A stretch of 64,000 bases of DNA from sequence record OR062946.1; one strand, written 5' to 3'. Positions 56,570 through 64,000 of the stretch are shown here, in pieces. Position 1 is the first letter of the stretch, and the number at the start of each line of letters is the position of its first letter. The DNA comes from Escherichia phage 310Ecol104PP. The position numbers and the translations under genes were made by a program. A model generated the notes under the pieces. It saw only the letters and a program-made list of their open reading frames with translations. It was not told where the DNA came from and ran no database searches.

Positions 56570-56842
56570 TCATTTTAAATAAATTGCGTATTTTTTATAA
56601 CCCGCTGACTCATGACGAAGACCCTTATCATTAGCAAAACGCTCAATGTTGTTAATTTGATTCTGGTCAAGTTCAGAGATGTCAAACACGAAAAAGTTAC
56701 GTTTGTTACCAACTGTTACATAGTCAGTTAAATCAATATCATATAGGTAATTGATGTCAGCAATCAAAGTCTTGACAGCTTTGCTAATTTTTACTTTTTC
56801 GTTAAAAGCAGCTTCAGCAATAAATTCTTGATACGTTTTCAT
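56570..56842 (-). CDS. internal protein (CTS-bearing), 90 aa, ipI-locus member
   Basis: N-term MKTYQEFIAEA (exact T4 CTS consensus). Confidence 0.7.
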   Translation of the reverse strand: MKTYQEFIAEAAFNEKVKISKAVKTLIADINYLYDIDLTDYVTVGNKRNFFVFDISELDQNQINNIERFANDKGLRHESAGYKKYAIYLK

Positions 56843-56865
56843 TTTATTCTCCTCAGTAGTTGATA

Positions 56866-56895
56866 GTGTAATAGTATCACTACCTCATCAGCATG
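56866..56895 (-). promoter_or_regulatory. T4-type early promoter
   Basis: GTTTAC, 18 nt, TACTAT; near-identical to 55866..55895. Confidence 0.55.
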
Positions 56896-56912
56896 TAAAC
56901 AACTTTGTGAAA

Positions 56913-57609
<697 letters not shown>

Positions 57610-57610
<1 letters not shown>

Positions 57611-58335
57611 TATAGTACCTTTAGTGTATTTTTAATTTTAGAAAAAAGTTCTTCAAGAGAACCATCGTTTGTAATTACTAAATCGCCATCACGAATTGGC
57701 AATCCAGCTTCTGTAATATGAGTATCATTGGATTTTTGACCAGGACGAACTACATGAATTACTGTAGCACCCATCGCCCTAGCCGCATCCATTTCATGAT
57801 CTTGACGAGTATCAGGAACGATATAATAATCATAACCTGAGTTAAATTTATCAAGATAATCTAAAGCAAATAATTTTACCCAGTACATGCGATCGAAGTT
57901 ATTAACAATCAAATCCGTACCTAGGGCTTGCATCAGACGACGGACTGACCATTGATCTTCAATATTATTTATAACGTCAATAATCTTGTTAAATGCTACG
58001 GAATTAACTGATTCTTGTCCTTCGTCATCAAAAACAAACACGCCTTTAATTGGGCTTTTACTATTAAGATAGCAAAATGCTTGTTCCATAATCGTGATTA
58101 CTTCTAATTTAGTCAGATTCAAATTAGTCTCACGATCATAGTCAATTCCTTCAAACTCTTTACGAGTTAAGCAAGAATAGTCAGTGTTTGCTGCGAATAC
58201 GCCCCATGCATAAGCCAATGCATCTTTAATAGGACCAGCAAGTTGATATTTAACTGCAGAATAATTATTCATGATAAAATCTGCGGTAGTATCTTTTCCA
58301 CTACGCTTTACACCACTTAAAAAGATTAGTTTCAT
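57610..58335 (-). CDS. 1: deoxynucleoside monophosphate kinase gp1
   Basis: 241 aa MKLIFLSGVKRSGKDTTADFIMNNYSAVKYQLAGPIKDALAYAWGVF; matches recalled T4 gp1. Confidence 0.95.
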
Positions 58336-58384
58336 ATGTTTCTCCTCAAATTTAGTTAAGATTATAACACATGAAACTTAAGCA

Positions 58385-58915
58385 TTAAACTTCTGCTATA
58401 ATTTTACCATCTTTTTCTACTTGAAAATACGTATAAGGAATCGTTGCTGTACATACTAAAGCTGGGTCTGAATCTTCAGTGTAGCTAAATTCTACTTCGG
58501 ACAGGTCAGAAACCCAAGGCTTATAAAAATTTATTGACATCACGATTTCAGTTTTACTATTATCTAAAATGTAAAGCGTAATGTATTCAGGACCTGTTTT
58601 TTGGGCAGTATTTTCGCCTGTAAGATAGTTACTAGTTCCTAGCATCCATTCATACATTCCTATCCATGACTTAAGCTCTTCATCAACTATAAATCTCACG
58701 ATGAGTGGGTCGTACTCAAATGTAACTCCTGGACGTTGTGCTCGGCCTAGTCCAAACGGCCCAGTCACGGTATCAGTAACAGGTATCCTAATTCCCGGAA
58801 TAGGAACTGACTGAGCATTTAAAGTAAAAGCAGATGTAGTATTACTATGCGGTATTGATACTACAAAGTTAGTTGTATTTGCTTGGTTAAAAATTTGTTG
58901 TAGCGCTTGCGACAT
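58385..58915 (-). CDS. 3: gp3 tail completion/sheath stabilizer
   Basis: likely start ATG 58915 (MSQALQQIFNQ), 176 aa; between 1 and 2. Confidence 0.85.
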   Translation of the reverse strand: MSQALQQIFNQANTTNFVVSIPHSNTTSAFTLNAQSVPIPGIRIPVTDTVTGPFGLGRAQRPGVTFEYDPLIVRFIVDEELKSWIGMYEWMLGTSNYLTGENTAQKTGPEYITLYILDNSKTEIVMSINFYKPWVSDLSEVEFSYTEDSDPALVCTATIPYTYFQVEKDGKIIAEV

Positions 58916-59021
58916 ATATTCCTCATAATGCTTTATAAGTGTTGGTGGTATAATGGGTCTAAGTCCCTTCCATTCAATTCCAATTAGAACAAACAATAGA
59001 AAAGAATGGAAGATAATAGAA

Positions 59022-59846
59022 TTAGATATTTGACCAGACTTTGTTTGCAGAGAAACGTTTTCCTTTTGAAACGAACTGCTGAAGTGGCATTAACACAACG
59101 TTCGCCCAGTCTTTCGGGGCGATTTCAACAAGGCTACCCATAATATTACCAGGTATATATGCCTTAATCATTTGGTCTGCACCCCTAAATCCTTTCACTT
59201 GACTCCAATCAATTTTTAATTTCGTTTTATTAGTAATAGTAGGTGTATTTGAATATTGCTTTAAAAGCTCTTCTAGAAATTGCTGACGAGCTTTAGGTGG
59301 AATATAGTGCAAGTTCAATCCGTACATTAAATTATGTTTACCTAAACCGAGGTAAATTATCAAAGGAAATTTATCCCAATAAGGAAGAGTTTCTTTGTGT
59401 TTAGCATCATAAGCAAAAGCATATATTCGTCCCGGCTGCGGGCGAACAACTTTATGTCCTTTTACTTGCTTAATAGTTTCAGCAAACCACTTTCTGGTTT
59501 TATTATTAATTGCTGCACCTTCATTACGAATTTTATCACGCAACGTTTGCCTGAATGAATTTATCATAAGCAGTTGTCTTTCTTGCTTATTGAGTTTATT
59601 CATTGGTTTTGATTCAAGCTTTTGAATCTTTTCAGCCGTTTTAATTCCTGAAGCATATTTTGACATTGCCGAAGTAAACGTAGAATATTTAATTCCTCTT
59701 TTTTCAGCAAATTGCTTTCCTGTCATTCCTTTTGCTTTGGCCTTTTTGTATTCAAGACCTATCTGAATCCATTTCTTTTCGTTTAATGATTGCTTAACCT
59801 TTGGAACTTGGGGAGTGCTTTCATTAATTATTTGAAAAATAGCCAT
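59022..59846 (-). CDS. 2: gp2 DNA end protector
   Basis: 274 aa; position and size as T4 gp2. Confidence 0.85.
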   Translation of the reverse strand: MAIFQIINESTPQVPKVKQSLNEKKWIQIGLEYKKAKAKGMTGKQFAEKRGIKYSTFTSAMSKYASGIKTAEKIQKLESKPMNKLNKQERQLLMINSFRQTLRDKIRNEGAAINNKTRKWFAETIKQVKGHKVVRPQPGRIYAFAYDAKHKETLPYWDKFPLIIYLGLGKHNLMYGLNLHYIPPKARQQFLEELLKQYSNTPTITNKTKLKIDWSQVKGFRGADQMIKAYIPGNIMGSLVEIAPKDWANVVLMPLQQFVSKGKRFSANKVWSNI

Positions 59847-60298
59847 TATGCCCCCTTAAAGCCAAGAGCTCGTAATCCATCTTCTGTTAGAATTCTAAAT
59901 TTTATTCCACGCTTTTCAGCTAAAGCTTGAGCTGCTTTCCATTTATCAGTATTAACGGAATATGTATAAATTTCATTCATAAATCTTTTCTTCGCTGCAG
60001 TTGTTAGATGTGCCGGTTTAACTGGTGGTTGTGTTTCTTTTTTAGGTTTTATTTCAATAAAAAATTCTTGCCCAGAAGAATCTTTCATCCAAATATCCAT
60101 GAAGTATCTACGTTTTTTCCCTTCTGCATTACAAAAATAAGGAATTACTGCTGTTTCACTACCCCATGCAATAATTTCTGGATTTTTATCTAACCATTCA
60201 AAAAAGAATTTTTCCCAATTTGATCTATACGTAATTTTTTTAGGGTCACCTCTATATTTTGATATATTTTTAGGAACCCATTTTCCAGAATATGCCAT
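59846..60298 (-). CDS. 4: gp4 head completion protein
   Basis: 150 aa; late promoter upstream. Confidence 0.85.
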   Translation of the reverse strand: MAYSGKWVPKNISKYRGDPKKITYRSNWEKFFFEWLDKNPEIIAWGSETAVIPYFCNAEGKKRRYFMDIWMKDSSGQEFFIEIKPKKETQPPVKPAHLTTAAKKRFMNEIYTYSVNTDKWKAAQALAEKRGIKFRILTEDGLRALGFKGA

Positions 60299-60309
60299 TG
60301 GATTCTCCT

Positions 60310-60317
60310 TATAAATA
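60310..60317 (+). promoter_or_regulatory. T4 late promoter for gene 53
   Basis: TATAAATA 28 nt upstream of ATG 60346. Confidence 0.65.
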
Positions 60318-60324
60318 TATTATC

Positions 60325-60332
60325 TATTTATA
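60325..60332 (-). promoter_or_regulatory. T4 late promoter for genes 4-2-3 (divergent)
   Basis: minus-strand TATAAATA about 27 nt upstream of gene 4 ATG. Confidence 0.65.
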
Positions 60333-60345
60333 AACAGGAGGGCCC

Positions 60346-60936
60346 ATGCTCTTTACATTTTTTGATCCGATTGAATATGCGGCCAAAACGGTGAATAAAA
60401 ACGCGCCGACTATTCCTATGACAGATATTTTTAGAAACTATAAAGACTATTTTAAACGCGCTCTTGCGGGATACCGCTTACGTACTTATTATATTAAAGG
60501 TTCACCACGCCCAGAAGAATTAGCAAATGCTATATATGGAAATCCGCAGTTGTATTGGGTTTTATTGATGTGTAATGATAATTATGATCCGTATTATGGA
60601 TGGATTACTTCGCAAGAAGCTGCTTATCAAGCATCTATACAAAAATACAAAAACGTAGGTGGAGACCAAATAGTATATCATGTGAATGAGAACGGTGAAA
60701 AATTTTATAATTTAATATCATACGATGATAATCCATATGTTTGGTATGACAAAGGCGATAAAGCTAGAAAATATCCTCAATATGAAGGAGCACTTGCTGC
60801 GGTCGATACGTATGAAGCTGCTGTTCTTGAAAATGAAAAACTTCGTCAAATAAAAATAATAGCAAAATCAGACATCAATTCATTTATGAACGACCTTATA
60901 CGTATAATGGAGAAATCTTATGGAAATGATAAGTAA
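60346..60936 (+). CDS. 53: gp53 baseplate wedge protein
   Basis: 196 aa; immediately upstream of gene 5. Confidence 0.9.
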   Translation: MLFTFFDPIEYAAKTVNKNAPTIPMTDIFRNYKDYFKRALAGYRLRTYYIKGSPRPEELANAIYGNPQLYWVLLMCNDNYDPYYGWITSQEAAYQASIQKYKNVGGDQIVYHVNENGEKFYNLISYDDNPYVWYDKGDKARKYPQYEGALAAVDTYEAAVLENEKLRQIKIIAKSDINSFMNDLIRIMEKSYGNDK

Positions 60937-62647
60937 TAACCTTAATTGGTTTGTTGGTGTTGTTGAAGATAGAATGGACCCATTAAAATTAGGTCGTGTT
61001 CGTGTTCGTGTGGTTGGTCTGCATCCACCTCAAAGAGCGCAAGGCGACGTAATGGGTATTCCAACAGATAAATTACCATGGATGTCAGTTATTCAACCTA
61101 TAACTTCTGCAGCAATGTCTGGAATTGGAGGCTCCGTTACTGGTCCGGTAGAAGGAACTAGAGTTTATGGTCATTTTTTAGACAAATGGAAAACTAATGG
61201 AATTGTCCTTGGCACGTATGGTGGAATAGTTCGCGAAAAGCCTAATAGACTTGAAGGATTTTCTGACCCGACTGGACAGTATCCTAGACGTCTAGGAAAT
61301 GATACTAACGTATTAAACCAAGGCGGAGAAGTAGGATATGATTCGTCTTCTAATATTATCCAAGATAGTAATTTAGATACTGCGATAAATCCTGATGATA
61401 GACCACTATCAGAGATTCCAACTGATGATAATCCAAATATGTCAATGACTGAAATGCTTCGCCGTGACGAAGGATTAAGACTAAAAGTTTATTGGGATAC
61501 TGGAGGATATCCGACAATTGGTATTGGTCATCTTATCATGAAGCAGCCAGTTCGTGATATGACCCAAATTAATAAAGTTTTATCAAAACAAGTTGGTCGT
61601 GAAATTACCGGAAATCCAGGTTCTATTACAATGGAAGAAGCGGTAACTTTATTTGAACGTGATTTAGCTGATATGCAACGTGACATTAAATCACATTCTA
61701 AAGTTGGCCCAGTTTGGAAAGCAGTTAATCGTTCTCGTCAAATGGCATTAGAAAATATGGCATTTCAGATGGGCGTTGGCGGTGTAGCTAAATTTAACAC
61801 AATGTTAACAGCTATGTTAGCCGGAGATTGGGAAAAAGCATATAAAGCTGGTCGTGATTCATTGTGGTATCAACAAACAAAAGGCCGTGCATCCCGTGTT
61901 ACCATGATTATTCTTACAGGTAATTTGGAATCATACGGTATTGAAGTTAAAACACCAGCTAGGTCTTTGTCAGCAATGGCTGCTACTGTAGCAAAGTCTT
62001 CTGATCCAGCTGACCCTCCTATTCCGAATGATTCGAGAATTTTATTCAAAGAACCTGTTTCTTCATATAAAGGTGAATATCCGTATGTTCACACAATGGA
62101 AACTGAAAGCGGTCATATTCAGGAATTTGACGATACCCCGGGACAAGAACGATACAGATTAGTTCATCCGACTGGAACATATGAGGAAGTATCACCGTCA
62201 GGAAGAAGAACAAGAAAAACTGTTGACAATTTGTATGATATAACAAATGCTGATGGTAATTTTTTGGTAGCTGGCGATAAAAAGACTAACGTCGGTGGAT
62301 CAGAAATTTATTACAACATGGATAATCGTCTCCACCAAATAGATGGAAGCAATACAATATTTGTGCGTGGCGATGAAACTAAGACGGTTGAAGGTAATGG
62401 AACTATCCTAGTCAAAGGTAATGTTACTATTGTAGTTGAAGGTAATGCTGACATTACAGTTAAAGGGGATGCTACCACTTTAGTTGAAGGAAATCAGACT
62501 AATACAGTAAATGGAAATCTTTCTTGGAAAGTTGCTGGGACAGTTGATTGGGACGTTGGTGGTGATTGGACAGAAAAAATGGCATCTATGAGTTCTATTT
62601 CATCTGGTCAATACACAATTGATGGATCGAGGATTGACATTGGCTAA
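60920..62647 (+). CDS. 5: gp5 baseplate hub with lysozyme domain (cell-puncturing device)
   Basis: 575 aa; MEMISNNLNWFVGVVED, OB-fold N-term, lysozyme domain similar to e, C-terminal VxGxxxxxx beta-helix repeats. Confidence 0.95.
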   Translation: MEMISNNLNWFVGVVEDRMDPLKLGRVRVRVVGLHPPQRAQGDVMGIPTDKLPWMSVIQPITSAAMSGIGGSVTGPVEGTRVYGHFLDKWKTNGIVLGTYGGIVREKPNRLEGFSDPTGQYPRRLGNDTNVLNQGGEVGYDSSSNIIQDSNLDTAINPDDRPLSEIPTDDNPNMSMTEMLRRDEGLRLKVYWDTGGYPTIGIGHLIMKQPVRDMTQINKVLSKQVGREITGNPGSITMEEAVTLFERDLADMQRDIKSHSKVGPVWKAVNRSRQMALENMAFQMGVGGVAKFNTMLTAMLAGDWEKAYKAGRDSLWYQQTKGRASRVTMIILTGNLESYGIEVKTPARSLSAMAATVAKSSDPADPPIPNDSRILFKEPVSSYKGEYPYVHTMETESGHIQEFDDTPGQERYRLVHPTGTYEEVSPSGRRTRKTVDNLYDITNADGNFLVAGDKKTNVGGSEIYYNMDNRLHQIDGSNTIFVRGDETKTVEGNGTILVKGNVTIVVEGNADITVKGDATTLVEGNQTNTVNGNLSWKVAGTVDWDVGGDWTEKMASMSSISSGQYTIDGSRIDIG

Positions 62648-62657
62648 TATACTTCCA

Positions 62658-63176
62658 ATGAGCGCTGATTTAGGAGAATCCATGGAAGGTTCTTCTATCG
62701 ACGTCACCTTTACCGCTCAATTAGAAACAGGTGAAACGTTAGTATCTATAAATATAACTAGTTACGAAGAAACTCCTGGGGTTTTAGTAGAAGAAAATCG
62801 TTTATATGGAACGTATGAATCTGTATTTGGATTTGGAAATGATGCGTTGAAATATCGTTTAGATAATGAATTTAAAACCGCTGCTTCATGGGAAGACCTT
62901 CCAACTGATTCTAATACTCAGTTATATCTATGGAAAGCTCCTCAAAACCTCCAGAAGACATTCACTTACGAAGTAACATTAATATATGACTACCAAGAAC
63001 AAAGTGAATCTGGAGGTTCTGGCAGTAATTCTAGGTCATCTTCTGATACTACTGAACCAACGAATCCTCCAGCTCCAATAAGAAAAACTCTTGTTAAAAA
63101 TTACACAAAAACTATAGTTGGAAATTGGAGTCGTTGGGCTAATAAATTGAGAAGCTACGTGTATGAGAGGCCATAA
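62658..63176 (+). CDS. hypothetical protein (T4 5.1 position)
   Basis: track ORF 62619..63176; likely start ATG 62658 (MSADLGES). Confidence 0.55.
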
Positions 63177-63470
63177 ATGTCAGGATTAAGTTATGATAAA
63201 TGTGTTACTGCCGGCCATGAAGCATGGCCTCCAACAGTTGTGAATGCTACACAAAGTAAAGTATTCACTGGAGGAATTGCTGTTCTCGTAGCAGGTGATC
63301 CAATTACAGAACATACAGAAATTAAAAAGCCATATGAAACACATGGCGGAGTGACACAACCTAGAACTTCTAAGGTATATGTCACTGGAAAGAAAGCTGT
63401 TCAAATGGCTGATCCAATATCATGCGGTGATACAGTGGCTCAGGCATCATCTAAAGTATTCATTAAATAG
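63177..63470 (+). CDS. 5.4: gp5.4 PAAR-repeat spike tip protein
   Basis: 97 aa; PAAR-like motifs; follows gene 5. Confidence 0.85.
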
Positions 63471-63478
63471 GATTTAAA

Positions 63479-64000
63479 ATGGCAAATACCCCTGTAAATT
63501 ATCAATTAACAAGAACAGCAAATGCTATTCCCGAGATATTCGTCGGGGGTACATTTGCTGAAATAAAACAAAACCTCATTGAATGGCTTAATGGTCAAAA
63601 TGAATTTTTGGATTATGATTTTGAAGGCTCAAGATTAAACGTTTTGTGTGACCTTTTGGCTTATAATACATTGTACATTCAGCAGTTTGGTAATGCTGCC
63701 TTGTATGAAAGCTTTATGCGTACTGCTAATTTGCGTAGTTCAGTAGTTCAAGCTGCACAAGATAATGGATATTTACCTACTTCAAAATCAGCTGCTCAAA
63801 CTGAAATTATGCTAACTTGTACAGATGCATTGAATAGAAATTACATTACTATTCCTCGTGGTACTCGCTTTTTAGCATATGCAAAGGATACTTCCGTTAA
63901 TCCTTACAACTTTGTATCTACCGAAGATGTTATTGCTATTCGCGATAAAAATAACCAATATTTTCCGCGTTTAAAATTAGCCCAGGGGCGTATAGTAAGA
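63479..64000 (+). CDS. 6: gp6 baseplate wedge protein, 5' fragment (continues beyond window)
   Basis: ATG 63479 MANTPVNYQLTRTANAIPEIFVGG; open to window end. Confidence 0.85.
   Translation, partial: MANTPVNYQLTRTANAIPEIFVGGTFAEIKQNLIEWLNGQNEFLDYDFEGSRLNVLCDLLAYNTLYIQQFGNAALYESFMRTANLRSSVVQAAQDNGYLPTSKSAAQTEIMLTCTDALNRNYITIPRGTRFLAYAKDTSVNPYNFVSTEDVIAIRDKNNQYFPRLKLAQGRIVR

Overview
This window is a contiguous segment of a T4-like (T-even, Tevenvirinae) coliphage genome, colinear with T4 from gene 56 to the start of gene 6. Early and middle genes lie on the minus strand: dCTPase 56, primase 61, sp, dmd, helicase 41, uvsX, dCMP hydroxymethylase 42, imm, DNA polymerase 43, regA, clamp loader 62/44, clamp 45, rpbA, 46/47 nuclease, alpha-gt, sigma factor 55, nrdH/nrdG/nrdD, endonuclease VII, nrdC, thymidine kinase, regB, lysozyme e, nudE, a 10-gene tRNA array, an internal-protein locus, 57B/57A, dNMP kinase 1 and 3/2/4. 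Late baseplate genes 53, 5, 5.1, 5.4 and 6 are on the plus strand. Many proteins match T4 sequences as I recall them almost residue for residue; no database search was run. The window differs from T4 at several accessory points: a non-beta-gt glycosyltransferase at the beta-gt locus, no denV, segA, segB or mobD, an intronless nrdD, an HNH endonuclease inserted in opposite orientation between 45.2 and 46, extra tRNA-Asn and tRNA-Tyr-like genes, and at least seven genes with capsid-targeting-sequence N-termini. It is probably a T2/T6-type relative rather than T4 itself. Known counter-defence genes are dense (sp, imm, dmd, 61.2, vs.4, 57B, internal proteins). Intergenic regions carry a repeated T4 early-promoter module, TATAAATA late promoters and stem-loop terminators. 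No CRISPR array, rRNA or IS element was seen. Gene starts are adjusted from the ORF track where a better ATG plus Shine-Dalgarno was visible; the track uses alternative start codons.
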